DNA of 64,000 nt from Hyphococcus sp. (GTDB lineage: Bacteria > Pseudomonadota > Alphaproteobacteria > Caulobacterales > Parvularculaceae): positions 5,269 to 69,268 of the forward strand of contig JANQRY010000007.1 of NCBI GenBank assembly GCA_028284345.1, in the 5' to 3' direction. The notes beneath the pieces were generated by a model. It searched no databases. It was given only the letters and a program-made list of their open reading frames with translations, and was not told the origin of the DNA. Shown here piece after piece: positions 38,542-49,131 of the stretch. Within the stretch, counting starts at the first letter, position 1, and the number at the start of each line of letters is the position of its first letter. The position numbers and the translations under genes are program-made.

Positions 38542-40491
38542 ATGGCCCGTTTCACCCCCGATTTTCTCGACGAATTGAAAAGCCGCCTCAGGCCGTCGGA
38601 CGTCATCGGGCGCTATGTGAAGCTACAGAAGCGCGGCAATGCGTGGTGGGGCCTGTCGCCCTTCAACAAGGAAAAGACGCCGTCCTTTACTGTCAATGAC
38701 GACCGCGGGTCGTATCACTGCTTCTCCTCGCAAAATCACGGCGACATCATCACCTTCCTGATTGAGACCCAGGGCATGACCTTTCCGGAGGCGGTGGAAA
38801 GCCTCGCCGCTGATGCCGGCATGGAACTGCCCAAATCGTCGCCCGCGGATGCGGCGCGCGAGCAACAGATCAAGGGGCTTGCAGAAGCGTGCGAAGCGGC
38901 GGCGATCTTTTTTCACAAGTCGCTGCACCGCAATCAGGGGCGGGGCGCGCTCGATTATTTAAAGGATCGCGGCGTTACGGACGATCAGATCAACGAATTC
39001 GGAATTGGCTTTGCGCCGTCAGGGCGGACGGACCTCAAGGACTACCTTGTCAATAAGGGGTTTACGGAGGATGTGCTGGTCGAGGCCGGCCTTGTCATCA
39101 AACCCGACGAGGGCGGCGCAACCTTCGATCGGTTCCGTGGGCGGATCATGTTTCCCATTCACGGGGGCCGCAACCGCGTCATCGCTTTCGGCGGGCGCGC
39201 GCTCGATCCCAACGCCCGTGCAAAATATCTGAACTCGCCGGAAACGCCGCTCTTTCACAAAAGTTCCGTTCTTTACAGACTTGACGCTGCGCGCCGGGCC
39301 GCCGCTGAGGCAAAGGCGCCGCTGATTGTCTGCGAAGGCTATATGGACGTCATCGCGCTTTGGGGCGCCGGATTGAAACACGCCGTCGCGCCCCTCGGCA
39401 CGGCGCTGACGGAAGACCAGCTCGGTCTTTTATGGCGCGCCTCGGACGAGCCGGTTTTATGTTTCGACGGCGACAAGGCCGGGGTCGGCGCCGCGCATCG
39501 ATCTGTCGATCGCGCGCTGCCCATGCTGAAGCCGGGCAAGTCGCTCAACTTTGTCTTTCTGCCCGATGGTCAGGATCCGGACGATCTCGTGCGTGACGGC
39601 GGGCGCGCCGCCTTCGATGCGGTCGTCGCAAAGTCGCGGCCCCTTGTGGATGTCCTTTGGGACCGGGAGCGCGCGGTCCGGCCGCTCGATACGCCGGAAC
39701 GGCGCGCCGCCTTCCGCGCGCAATTGCGCGACCTTGTTAAGAACATCGCCGATAAGGACGTTCGCGCGGCCTATGGCGGGGAGCTGGCCCAGCGGCTTGA
39801 TGCGGAATTCGGCCAGCGGGCGCGGCAGGGTCCGGCGCGCAGCAATCCGTGGCGCGGGGGCCCGGACCGCGGTCGACCCCGCGGCCGTCAGGGCTTCCGC
39901 TATCAGGAGCCGCCCCGGCCCAGTCCGGACCTCAAACGCCGCGGCGCCCCCGCCGCATGGCGGCGCGAAGCGGCGCTGGTGCTGGCCGGGATCAACCATC
40001 CCGCGCTGATCGACCGCCAGGAATCAGCGTTTTTGGAGCTGGAGCTTGCCGATCCCGCCCTTCAGTCCCTCTTAAGCGCCATTTTGAGCGCATTTTCGGC
40101 CGATCCCGGCCTTGACAGGGCGGGGTTGAAAAGCCATCTCACGGCTTCCGGCGCGGCAGGTTCATTGGAGCGGGTCCTGAATGACCCTGAGCTCTCGAAA
40201 CATCGTTTCCTCCGCCCCGAAACCGAGATAGACGAGGCCGAGCAGGGATTTCTCAATGCTCTGGCCCATCACCTGTATGAATCGACGCTCAAACAGGAGG
40301 TGGCGAGGTCGGCGTCTCGGATATTCACCAGCGGCGATGAAGGATGGAAAGCGGCGGCGGCGGCGCGCGAAGAATTGGTGAACGTCAACCGGGCGGGCGA
40401 CGCGGACGCCAGTGAGGACGAGGAACTGGATCGCCTCAACGCCGTGCGCGAGCGAATGAAACAAAGCGTCACGAAGAAATTCGGACGGTAA
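38542..40491 (+). CDS. dnaG: DNA primase
   Basis: Zn-finger-like [13 protein letters not shown]...[30 protein letters not shown] and PDGQDPDD. Confidence 0.97.
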   Translation: MARFTPDFLDELKSRLRPSDVIGRYVKLQKRGNAWWGLSPFNKEKTPSFTVNDDRGSYHCFSSQNHGDIITFLIETQGMTFPEAVESLAADAGMELPKSSPADAAREQQIKGLAEACEAAAIFFHKSLHRNQGRGALDYLKDRGVTDDQINEFGIGFAPSGRTDLKDYLVNKGFTEDVLVEAGLVIKPDEGGATFDRFRGRIMFPIHGGRNRVIAFGGRALDPNARAKYLNSPETPLFHKSSVLYRLDAARRAAAEAKAPLIVCEGYMDVIALWGAGLKHAVAPLGTALTEDQLGLLWRASDEPVLCFDGDKAGVGAAHRSVDRALPMLKPGKSLNFVFLPDGQDPDDLVRDGGRAAFDAVVAKSRPLVDVLWDRERAVRPLDTPERRAAFRAQLRDLVKNIADKDVRAAYGGELAQRLDAEFGQRARQGPARSNPWRGGPDRGRPRGRQGFRYQEPPRPSPDLKRRGAPAAWRREAALVLAGINHPALIDRQESAFLELELADPALQSLLSAILSAFSADPGLDRAGLKSHLTASGAAGSLERVLNDPELSKHRFLRPETEIDEAEQGFLNALAHHLYESTLKQEVARSASRIFTSGDEGWKAAAAAREELVNVNRAGDADASEDEELDRLNAVRERMKQSVTKKFGR

Positions 40492-40505
40492 AAGGTATTC
40501 AAACG

Positions 40506-42494
40506 ATGGCGAAAAAAGCGGCGGCGAAAAAGCAGCAGCCCGAAACGGCAGAACCGGCGGACGGCCCGATTCTCGATCTGACGGACGCGGACGTTAAAAA
40601 ACTGATCAAGTCGGCGAAGTCGCGCGGCTATGTGACGTATGACGAGCTGAACAAGGTCCTGCCGTCGGAGGAAGTCTCTTCCGAACAGATCGAAGACATC
40701 ATGGCCCAGCTTTCCGAAATGGGCATCAACGTCGTCGAGCACGAGGAAGAAGACGACGACGCCGAGGGCGACGGCGACAAGACCGCAGCCGCGTCGAAGT
40801 CGAAAGCCGTCGCCACGAAAGACGCCGGCAAGGGCGGGCAGGTCGTCACCACCAATACGAGCTCGTCCGCGGACCGCACCGACGATCCCGTGCGCATGTA
40901 CTTACGCGAAATGGGCACCGTCGAGCTTCTGTCGCGGGAAGGCGAAATCGCCATCGCCAAGCGCATCGAGGCGGGCCGGGAAACGATGATCCGGGCCTTG
41001 TGCGAATCCTCGCTCACCTTCGAGGCCATCACGGTCTGGCGCGAAGAACTGATGGAAGGCCGCGTCCTGTTGCGCGACATTATCGACCTCGACGCCACCT
41101 ATGGCGGCGGGCCGGAATCGCGCCCCGACATGACGCAGCCGGAAGTCGCCGAGCGCGTCCATAAGGAAGAGGCTGAAAAGGCCGAAGCGGCAACCGACGA
41201 CGATGAGGACGAGTTCGACGAGGGCGCCTTGTCGCTGTCGGCCATGGAAGCGGAATTGCGCGACGGCGTCATGGACCGGTTCGACGAGATTTCGTCCGAC
41301 TACAAGAAATTGCGGCGCCTCCAGGACATCATGATCGAGGAACAGCGCCAGGGCGCGGACCTCACCGCCTCGCAGACGCGGCGCTTCAAGAAGCTGCAGA
41401 AAGACATTGTCGAGCGCGTGCGTCAGGTGCGCCTCAACAATCAGCGGATCGAAGCGCTGGTTGAGCAGCTTTACGACATCAACCGCAGGCTGATGGCGCT
41501 TGAGGGCAAGCTGGTGCGTCTCGCAGACTCCTACGGCGTCAATCGGCAGGAATTTCTCGCTGAATATATCGGCGCGGAACTCGATCCCGAATGGTTTGAC
41601 CGCATCGGCAAAAAAACCGGCAAGGGCTGGCAGAACTTTGTCGGCAAGGCGGAACGCCAGATCATGAATATTCGCGAGGAGATCGGCAACCTTGCGACGG
41701 AGACGGGCCTGACCGTCACCGATTTCCGCCGCATCGTTTCCATGGTGCAGAAAGGCGAGCGCGAGGCGCGCATCGCCAAGAAAGAAATGGTCGAGGCGAA
41801 CCTGCGTCTCGTCATTTCCATCGCCAAGAAATACACCAATCGCGGCCTGCAGTTCCTCGACCTCATTCAGGAAGGCAATATCGGCCTCATGAAAGCGGTC
41901 GACAAATTCGAATATCGCCGCGGCTACAAATTCTCGACCTACGCGACGTGGTGGATCCGTCAGGCGATCACCCGCTCTATCGCTGATCAGGCGCGCACCA
42001 TCCGTATTCCGGTGCACATGATCGAGACGATCAACAAGATCGTCCGCACCTCGCGCCAGATGCTGCATGAGATCGGCCGCGAGCCGACGCCGGAGGAACT
42101 GGCGGAAAAACTTTCGATGCCGCTCGAAAAAGTCCGCAAGGTGATGAAAATCGCCAAGGAGCCGATCTCCCTCGAAACGCCCATCGGCGATGAGGAAGAC
42201 AGCCATCTCGGCGACTTTATCGAGGACAAGAACACGATCCTGCCCATCGACGCGGCGATCCAGTCGAACCTGCGCGAAACGACGACGCGGGTGTTGGCGA
42301 GCCTGACGCCGCGTGAGGAGCGCGTCCTGCGCATGCGCTTCGGCATCGGCATGAACACCGACCACACCCTCGAAGAAGTCGGCCAGCAATTCTCCGTCAC
42401 CCGCGAACGCATCCGCCAGATCGAAGCGAAAGCGTTGCGCAAGCTAAAGCATCCAAGCCGAAGCCGGAAGCTGCGGAGCTTTTTGGATAATTAG
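40506..42494 (+). CDS. rpoD: RNA polymerase primary sigma factor
   Basis: [43 protein letters not shown] and [13 protein letters not shown]. Confidence 0.99.
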   Translation: MAKKAAAKKQQPETAEPADGPILDLTDADVKKLIKSAKSRGYVTYDELNKVLPSEEVSSEQIEDIMAQLSEMGINVVEHEEEDDDAEGDGDKTAAASKSKAVATKDAGKGGQVVTTNTSSSADRTDDPVRMYLREMGTVELLSREGEIAIAKRIEAGRETMIRALCESSLTFEAITVWREELMEGRVLLRDIIDLDATYGGGPESRPDMTQPEVAERVHKEEAEKAEAATDDDEDEFDEGALSLSAMEAELRDGVMDRFDEISSDYKKLRRLQDIMIEEQRQGADLTASQTRRFKKLQKDIVERVRQVRLNNQRIEALVEQLYDINRRLMALEGKLVRLADSYGVNRQEFLAEYIGAELDPEWFDRIGKKTGKGWQNFVGKAERQIMNIREEIGNLATETGLTVTDFRRIVSMVQKGEREARIAKKEMVEANLRLVISIAKKYTNRGLQFLDLIQEGNIGLMKAVDKFEYRRGYKFSTYATWWIRQAITRSIADQARTIRIPVHMIETINKIVRTSRQMLHEIGREPTPEELAEKLSMPLEKVRKVMKIAKEPISLETPIGDEEDSHLGDFIEDKNTILPIDAAIQSNLRETTTRVLASLTPREERVLRMRFGIGMNTDHTLEEVGQQFSVTRERIRQIEAKALRKLKHPSRSRKLRSFLDN

Positions 42495-42537
42495 GCTGCT
42501 ATTGAATTCAGTTTAGGTCGTTTACATATGGTTGTGT

Positions 42538-43347
42538 ATGGTGACGCAACCTACGATTGAACTGTTTTCCGAGTTTCTTGATGATATTATTGCGTGTGCG
42601 ACCGAGGAATTGGGTCGTGCTTTGGCGCAAGCAAGGCTCAGACTTGGGCGAGATAATGCGCAATATTCTTCTCGCGCTTTGCACGTCATTTTTGACATAG
42701 CGCACAAGGAATATAATGCCGCATTGGACAGAGCGTTTGGTGCGTTAAAGCAAGCAAATGAGAAGTCCGGCTTGAACACGGAAGAATTGCGTAGCATCAC
42801 CGAATCAAAGCTGCGAGAGTTCGCCGAATCAGTGAAACAAATGAATAGAGCGGAGAAACTCCCACAAGCATGTCTTGGAACTATGGGCAGCTACGTTGGC
42901 GATCAGCTGCTAAAGTTCGACAAACGGTTGGATTTTTTGCTTAGGCAATTTGATGCGGGATTTTATGAGCCTGCTTGCGCGGAAATCGTTGCGCCTATGA
43001 AAAATACTATCAATATTTCGAATATGGACGGTGGGGCCATACAACAAGGCACGCAACAATCAACACAGAATATCTCTATACAAATTGATCAAGCGCAAAC
43101 GCTCTCATCTCTCCGCGAGTTTGAGAATGCGCTGAGTGAATTAAAGATCAATCAAGACACGATGGCGAGCGTTCAGGGTGATATCGACACGATAAAAGCA
43201 CAGCTCGCAAAACCTAACCCGTCAGAATCCATTATCTTAGAGGCGGGGCGTTCATTGAAAAACGTTGTTGAAAACGTCATTGCGGGTGTGTTGACACCAC
43301 CAGTGTCAAACGCAGCCGCTGCTTTATGGGCTGCGCTAAGTTTGTAA
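42538..43347 (+). CDS. Hypothetical protein, low GC, probably horizontally acquired
   Basis: Open frame of about 270 codons in an AT-rich patch (hand-counted lines about 40-45% GC). Mostly helical. C-terminal IQQGTQQSTQN...DIDTIKAQLAKPNP region. Confidence 0.75.
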   Translation: MVTQPTIELFSEFLDDIIACATEELGRALAQARLRLGRDNAQYSSRALHVIFDIAHKEYNAALDRAFGALKQANEKSGLNTEELRSITESKLREFAESVKQMNRAEKLPQACLGTMGSYVGDQLLKFDKRLDFLLRQFDAGFYEPACAEIVAPMKNTINISNMDGGAIQQGTQQSTQNISIQIDQAQTLSSLREFENALSELKINQDTMASVQGDIDTIKAQLAKPNPSESIILEAGRSLKNVVENVIAGVLTPPVSNAAAALWAALSL

Positions 43348-43500
43348 AAAGGCGATCAACTTTGATGTTGCCTATCATGTTCATTAGTTGCGCTGCGTTC
43401 TAACGGCTGCTTTCGGCGCCGCAGCATGACTGTGTCTGGCGCTCTTTGGAAGCAAACCTCTTCCTGCTACGGTGTGCCCGGGTAGCGCGGGAGCGGGGAG

Positions 43501-44946
43501 ATGACATCCGGACATTCCTTCATTCGCATGATCGCGGGCGGCCTCGTTGCGATCTTTCTTTATGGATGCGCGGCGACGGGCGGGCCGCTCGGGCTTTCGC
43601 CGACGCAGGAAGAAGCGCTGGGCCAGCAGCAGCATCCGCAAATTCTGGCGGCGTTCGGCGGCGAACTCGATGACCCGCAACTGACGGCTTATGTGGAAGG
43701 CGTCTTTGACCGCCTGATGGCGGCGTCGGACCAGCCGGATGCGGACATCAACGTTTATGTCCTCGACAGTCCGGTGGTGAACGCCATGGCCGTGCCCGGT
43801 CATGTTTACGTGACCCGCGGCCTTCTCGCGCTCGCCAATTCCGAAGCCGAACTCGCCGGCGTTTTGGGGCACGAGATCGGACACATCTTCGAGCGCCATA
43901 TCGCCAAGCGCGTCAGCCGGTCCAACATTGCGCAACTGGGAACGGTTGCGGCGGCGATCCTGACGGGCGACGCCGACACGGCGCAGTTGGTCGGGCAGGG
44001 GGCGCAGCTTTATCTTCTCAGTTTCTCGCGCGATCAGGAATATGAATCCGACCTTGTCGGCACGCGGCTCCTTGCTTCCGCCGGATATGATCCCATCGGC
44101 GCCGCGCAGTTTCTGAACACGCTGGGCGCCTGGACTGATCTCGACGCACGGATCGCCGGCGTTCAGCAACCGCCGGAATATTTAAAGACGCATCCGAACT
44201 CGGCAAACCGCGTCGCCCGGGCGGCGCAGGAAGCCAATGCGTTGCGCCAGGCCGGCGCAACCTCCGACGAACGCAATCGCGCGGTTTACCTCAACGCCGT
44301 CGACGGCCTTCTTTATGGCGACGACCCGATCAAGCAGGGCTTCATCCGCGGGCGCGATTTTGTTCACCCGCAACTGCGTTTCGCGTTCACCGCGCCGAAC
44401 GGATTTGAGATGCGCAATTCCTCGCAAGCGGTGACGGCGCGATCCTCGTCAGGGGCGCAGATGCAGTTCACGAGCGCGTCGTCGCAGAACGGGCCCGAGG
44501 CGCTGATCAACCAAGCCATATCGCAGGCGCTGAAGGTTGATCTGTCGCCGGCGCAGCGCATCAGCGTCGCCGGCCGTCCCGGCGCGGCGGGACGGGCGCG
44601 CGCCAATACGCAAAACGGCGCCGTCGACGTCACAGCCTACGCCGTTCAATGGCAGGGCGCCGCGCACTGGGTGTTTCTCTGGGTGACGCCGGCAAACCAG
44701 ACGCGCCAGCTCGAACGCGCGATCAATCAGTCCGTGCAGTCGCTACGCGATATTGATCCGGGATCAGTCAATGCGCCGGCGGCGCAGCGGGTCGATGTGG
44801 TGACGGCGCAGCGCGGCGATTCCGTGTCGGCGTTGTCGCGTTACATGGCGTTTCCGTCCTATCGCCAGGAACGCTTTTTAATCCTGAACGCCCTCGGCGA
44901 AGATGAGGCGGTCACGGCCGGCGAACGCTACAAGCTGGTCCGTTGA
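43501..44946 (+). CDS. M48 family metalloprotease lipoprotein with C-terminal LysM-like domain
   Basis: Lipobox LYGC, VNAMAVPG, HEIGH zincin, FSRDQEYESD, THP and terminal VVTAQRGDSV...ILNAL. Confidence 0.88.
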   Translation: MTSGHSFIRMIAGGLVAIFLYGCAATGGPLGLSPTQEEALGQQQHPQILAAFGGELDDPQLTAYVEGVFDRLMAASDQPDADINVYVLDSPVVNAMAVPGHVYVTRGLLALANSEAELAGVLGHEIGHIFERHIAKRVSRSNIAQLGTVAAAILTGDADTAQLVGQGAQLYLLSFSRDQEYESDLVGTRLLASAGYDPIGAAQFLNTLGAWTDLDARIAGVQQPPEYLKTHPNSANRVARAAQEANALRQAGATSDERNRAVYLNAVDGLLYGDDPIKQGFIRGRDFVHPQLRFAFTAPNGFEMRNSSQAVTARSSSGAQMQFTSASSQNGPEALINQAISQALKVDLSPAQRISVAGRPGAAGRARANTQNGAVDVTAYAVQWQGAAHWVFLWVTPANQTRQLERAINQSVQSLRDIDPGSVNAPAAQRVDVVTAQRGDSVSALSRYMAFPSYRQERFLILNALGEDEAVTAGERYKLVR

Positions 44947-45050
44947 TTACAGCTCATGCGCCGCGCCCTTGCATGGGCGCCCGCAATCGGTAAGGTCCGC
45001 GCCGGATAACGAAACGGCGACCTCAATCGAGGTCGACAAAGGAGGATTGA

Positions 45051-45347
45051 ATGGCAGTCGACGGCAAATGGAACCTCGTCATTAAAACGCCCATGGGCGA
45101 TCAGACGGGCGTTTTGACCCTGAAACAGGAAGGCGATGCGCTGACGGGCGAAATGACGGGCGCCGCAGGTGCGACGCCGATCGAAAACGGCCGCGTTGAA
45201 GGCGATACGCTGAAATGGGACGCCAAGGTGACGTCGCCGATGCCGATCACCCTTTCCTTCGAAGGCAAGCAAGAGGGCGACAACCTCAGCGGCAATGTCC
45301 AGCTTGGCGCCTTTGGCGCCTCGACCTTCACCGGCGTCGCCGCTTAA
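45051..45347 (+). CDS. Small beta-strand-rich hypothetical protein
   Basis: AAAGGAGG SD, typical codon usage and alternating beta pattern (GKWNLVIKTPMG...GAFG). Confidence 0.75.
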   Translation: MAVDGKWNLVIKTPMGDQTGVLTLKQEGDALTGEMTGAAGATPIENGRVEGDTLKWDAKVTSPMPITLSFEGKQEGDNLSGNVQLGAFGASTFTGVAA

Positions 45348-45365
45348 GGCTGAGGGCGCTCCCCT

Positions 45366-46715
45366 GTGAAGTATCTCCTCGCCGCCGGCGCCGCGCTGCT
45401 CCTTGTCGCGGCGTGCGGCGGCGGCGACGCCCCGGCGCCGGAAGACGCCGCACAGAAGGAAACGGCGCTCGCCGACGCCGCGCCGGAAATGGACGCAGCG
45501 GCGGACACGCTCGACGCCGTCGCAGAAGATTTTGTAAAACTGGCGCTTGCGGCCGGCGTTCATGATCCGGCGTTTGTCGACGCCTATCACGGTCCGGAGG
45601 AGTGGGCCGAAGACGCCGAAGAGGCGGCCCGTTCGCTTGATCTCGTGGAGGCGGACGCCGATGCGCTCCTGACGCGCGCGAAAGCCGCCGCCAGGGCCGA
45701 GCCCGGCGTCCGGTCCGCGATGCTGGAGAAACTCGTTCGCGCGGCCCGCGCGCGCATCCGCATGGCCGGCGGCGTTGAATTTGATTTCGATGAAGAGACC
45801 CAGCGCCTTTATGACGCCCGCGCGCCGCAATATGACGTGCGCGACTTCCACGCCGCCCTTGCGGAAATTGATGCGCTGATCCCCGGTCCGGCGCCGCTTC
45901 ATGAACGGGTTGATGCGTTCCGCAACAGCCTCGCCATACCGGAAGACAAACTACAAGCCGTGTTCGAAGCCGCGATTGCGGAATGTCGAGCCCGCACGCT
46001 CGCTCATTACGCCTTGCCGGAAAACGAACGGTTTGAGCTTTCCTTTGTCACCGACAAACCGTGGAGCGGCTACAACTGGTATCAGGGCGACTTTGAAAGT
46101 CTGATCGAGGTCAATACGGATTTCCCGATCATTATCGACCGCGCCGTCGATCTTGGCTGTCATGAAGGATATCCCGGTCATCATACCTGGAACGTTATAC
46201 TGGAGCGGGATCTGTTGCGCGAAAAGGGCTGGATTGAGTATTCCGTTTATCCCCTGTTCTCGCCGCTCTCCGTGACTGCGGAGGGGTCCGCCAATTACGG
46301 GATTGAGCTGGCCTTTCCGGGCGAGGAGAAGATTGCGTTTGAGCGGGAGGTTCTCTTTCCGCTCGCTGGTCTTGACCCCGAAAAGGCGCAAACGCTTGCG
46401 GCGCTGAACGATGCGCGGCGCAAATTATCGCACGCCCGCAACCATATTGCGCGACTCTATCTCGACGGCGGCGTCGATCGCGACGAGGCGATCCGGATGT
46501 TGATGGAATTCGGCCTGCAATCGCGCGCCCGCGCGGAACAGGGCGTCGACTTCATCGAGACCTATCGCGGCTATGTCATCAACTACAATCTCGGCCGCGA
46601 TCTTGTGGCGGATTACATCGCTGCGGCGGAGCGCGACGGCGCGGATCGCTGGGACGCGTTTGAAACGCTGCTGACGACGCCGCTCGCCGCGTCCGACCTC
46701 GCCTTGGCAAAGTGA
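45366..46715 (+). CDS. Lipoprotein with zincin-like HExxxxH motif (DUF885-like putative metallopeptidase)
   Basis: Lipobox VAAC, CHEGYPGHH, AEGSANYG and YNLG. Confidence 0.65.
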   Translation: MKYLLAAGAALLLVAACGGGDAPAPEDAAQKETALADAAPEMDAAADTLDAVAEDFVKLALAAGVHDPAFVDAYHGPEEWAEDAEEAARSLDLVEADADALLTRAKAAARAEPGVRSAMLEKLVRAARARIRMAGGVEFDFDEETQRLYDARAPQYDVRDFHAALAEIDALIPGPAPLHERVDAFRNSLAIPEDKLQAVFEAAIAECRARTLAHYALPENERFELSFVTDKPWSGYNWYQGDFESLIEVNTDFPIIIDRAVDLGCHEGYPGHHTWNVILERDLLREKGWIEYSVYPLFSPLSVTAEGSANYGIELAFPGEEKIAFEREVLFPLAGLDPEKAQTLAALNDARRKLSHARNHIARLYLDGGVDRDEAIRMLMEFGLQSRARAEQGVDFIETYRGYVINYNLGRDLVADYIAAAERDGADRWDAFETLLTTPLAASDLALAK

Positions 46716-46718
46716 TGC

Positions 46719-46754
46719 AAAAAAAACGCGCCGGGCGGGTTCGCCGCGGCGCGC
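46719..46754 (-). terminator. Intrinsic terminator between convergent genes
   Basis: GC-rich stem followed by T8 on the minus strand. Confidence 0.7.
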
Positions 46755-46779
46755 ATCATCGGGTCAACGGGGTGAACGG

Positions 46780-47115
46780 TTAAAAGCCGAAATAGATCGG
46801 CTCCGGGCCGACCAGCGCTTTCTTTTCTTCCGGCTCGGCTTCCGTTTCCGCGTCGGCGGTTTCCTCGGCCTCGCACCCCTCATTTGTATGATAATAGCGA
46901 AGCGTGATGTCGTCTTCGTGTTTGTCGCCGGCGGCGAACGCCATACCGAATGCGCTCGCCGTTGACTCGAGAACGGTTTCAATGAGGCCGCGGGACTCCG
47001 CTTTCGCCTCGCCGCGCTCGGCGTCGGCGGAAGCGCTGAACGAAAACGGGGATGCGGCCGCTGTCGCGCCCAATGACAAGGCGGCGATGGCGGCGGTAAT
47101 CGCTAGATTTCGCAT
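46780..47115 (-). CDS. Small secreted acidic hypothetical protein ending GPEPIYFGF
   Basis: GAAGGAGAG SD, signal peptide MRNLAITAAIAALSLGATAAA, and its own terminator. Confidence 0.75.
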   Translation of the reverse strand: MRNLAITAAIAALSLGATAAASPFSFSASADAERGEAKAESRGLIETVLESTASAFGMAFAAGDKHEDDITLRYYHTNEGCEAEETADAETEAEPEEKKALVGPEPIYFGF

Positions 47116-47263
47116 AGCCAGTCTCTCCTTCATTCGGTTATGCCCGGGGCGCGGACGGCATTTCAAGTCGGTTCGTCGCAAACCTTGTCGACGAAGCGTT
47201 ACGAGGCTGTAACGAAGCGGTGAAAACCGTCATTGCTGCAGCGCAATAACGGCGCTGGGCCGA

Positions 47264-48376
47264 TTACCCCAGGGCCGCCAGCGGATCCTCATAGCCGACC
47301 CCGAGGGCGTCTGAGACCGCCCTGTAGGTGACTTTGCCCCGGTGAATGTTGAGCCCGTTGCGCAAATGGTCGTCGGCGCGCAGGGCGTCCAGACCCTTAT
47401 TGGCCAGCATTAACCCGTATTGGAGAGTCGCGTTGTTGAGCGCGTGGGACGAGGTGAGGGGGACGGCGCCCGGCATGTTGGCGACACAATAATGCAGCAC
47501 GTCGTCGACCACATAGGTTGGGTCTTCATGGGTCGTCGCCTTTGACGTTTCGAAACAGCCGCCCTGATCGATGGCGACGTCGACGAGCACAGATCCCTCT
47601 TTCATGCCTTTCAGCATTTCGCGGGTGACAAGTTTCGGCGCGCTGGCGCCGGGAATGAGCACCGCGCCGACGACGACATCGGCCGTATCCGTTTCCTCAT
47701 CGAGCGCTTCATAGGTTGAGTACCGCGTCTTCGCCCGGCCGCCAAAAATTTCATCAAGCTCGGCAAGGCGGCGCTGGCTGCGATCAAGGATGGTCACGTC
47801 CGCGCCGAGACCGACCGCCATGCGCGCCGCATGGGTGCCGACAACGCCGCCGCCGATGATCAGCACCTTTGCCGGCAGCACGCCCGGCACGCCGCCCATA
47901 AGCAGCCCGCGCCCGCCCTGATGGGCGGTAAGAGCGTATGCGGCGGCCTGTATGGAAAGCCGGCCGGCGACTTCGCTCATGGGCGCAAGAAGCGGCAGGC
48001 CGCCGCGGGCGTCCGTAACCGTTTCATAGGCGACCGCGGTTACGCCGGACTCCATCAGGCCGCGGGCCTGACCCGGGTCCGGCGCAAGATGAAGGTAGGT
48101 GTAAAGGATCTGGCCTTCGCGAAGCTGCTTCCATTCAACCGGCTGCGGCTCCTTCACCTTCACGATCATGTCGGACTCGGCGAACACCGTCGCCGCGTCA
48201 GGGGCGATCGTCGCGCCCGCCGCTTCGTAGTCGGCGTCGCTCGCCTTGACGCCGGCGCCGGCGCCGGTCTCCACCAACACCGAATGTCCGTTCGCCACAT
48301 ATTCGCGCACGCTCCCCGGCACGAGGCCGACGCGAAATTCAGAATTCTTGATTTCCCTGGGCACTCCGACGCGCAT
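47264..48376 (-). CDS. ald: Alanine dehydrogenase
   Basis: [41 protein letters not shown] and CVANMPG. Confidence 0.97.
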   Translation of the reverse strand: MRVGVPREIKNSEFRVGLVPGSVREYVANGHSVLVETGAGAGVKASDADYEAAGATIAPDAATVFAESDMIVKVKEPQPVEWKQLREGQILYTYLHLAPDPGQARGLMESGVTAVAYETVTDARGGLPLLAPMSEVAGRLSIQAAAYALTAHQGGRGLLMGGVPGVLPAKVLIIGGGVVGTHAARMAVGLGADVTILDRSQRRLAELDEIFGGRAKTRYSTYEALDEETDTADVVVGAVLIPGASAPKLVTREMLKGMKEGSVLVDVAIDQGGCFETSKATTHEDPTYVVDDVLHYCVANMPGAVPLTSSHALNNATLQYGLMLANKGLDALRADDHLRNGLNIHRGKVTYRAVSDALGVGYEDPLAALG

Positions 48377-48463
48377 GATTTCCTCCTGTGGCTGTGTTTT
48401 GCTGAAATATATCCGTCAGAAGCGAATTATTTTGATATTTTTTCTATTTCTGTTCATAATTCA

Positions 48464-48478
48464 GAACGATATTCGTTC
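48464..48478. promoter_or_regulatory. Lrp/AsnC-type operator in the ald / regulator divergent spacer
   Basis: Perfect palindrome GAACGA-TAT-TCGTTC in an AT-rich spacer. Confidence 0.55.
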
Positions 48479-48499
48479 GCGCTGACCTATGAGGAAATA

Positions 48500-48964
48500 A
48501 TGTTCGTCAAGATTGATGCGTTTGACAGAGCCATCCTGAAAGTCCTGCAGGCGAACGGACAGACCTCGTTTTCCGAACTGGGCGAGCGGGTGGGACTATC
48601 GCCGTCGGCCTGTCACAAGCGGGTGGCGGATTTGCGCGAAGCGGGCGTTATCACGCAGACCGTAACGCTGATCGACGAACGTCTTGCAGGGCTCGAAACG
48701 TCGGTCTTCGTTCAGGCGACCTTGAAGAACCAACAGCAGCCGACCTTGAAAGCGTTTGAAAAAGCCGTCGCCCGCCATGACGAAATCATGGAGTGCTATC
48801 TCATGTCGGGACTGTCCGATTATCTTTTGCGTATCCTCTGCCGAGACGGCGCCCATTACGAACGCATTCACAACGATATTCTGACGCGCCTGCCCGGGGT
48901 CGACCGGGTGGTTACAAATTTCTCTATTCGCAAAGTGCTGCGTCGCACGGCTGTGCCGCTATGA
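48500..48964 (+). CDS. Lrp/AsnC family regulator (AldR-like), divergent from ald
   Basis: IDAFDRAILKVLQ, VGLSPSACHKRV HTH and ECYLMSGLSDYLL. Confidence 0.92.
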   Translation: MFVKIDAFDRAILKVLQANGQTSFSELGERVGLSPSACHKRVADLREAGVITQTVTLIDERLAGLETSVFVQATLKNQQQPTLKAFEKAVARHDEIMECYLMSGLSDYLLRILCRDGAHYERIHNDILTRLPGVDRVVTNFSIRKVLRRTAVPL

Positions 48965-49131
48965 GGCGAAATACGCGCAATTGAATCATTACGATTCAGT
49001 CAGCTGACTGATTTTCACACGGATTTCGGCGAGGTCTGACAAATGCGATTAAATTTTCGCGGCGCCAGTTAAACGAACCGAAAAAGCCTCGGCCCATTCT
49101 CCGAAGGGTTGGAGCTGTTGGAGAGTAAACA

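Noticed and set aside
42495-43400. Prophage, integron or IS boundary at the low-GC patch
   Set aside because: I found no integrase, attC-like site, terminal inverted repeat or target duplication by eye.
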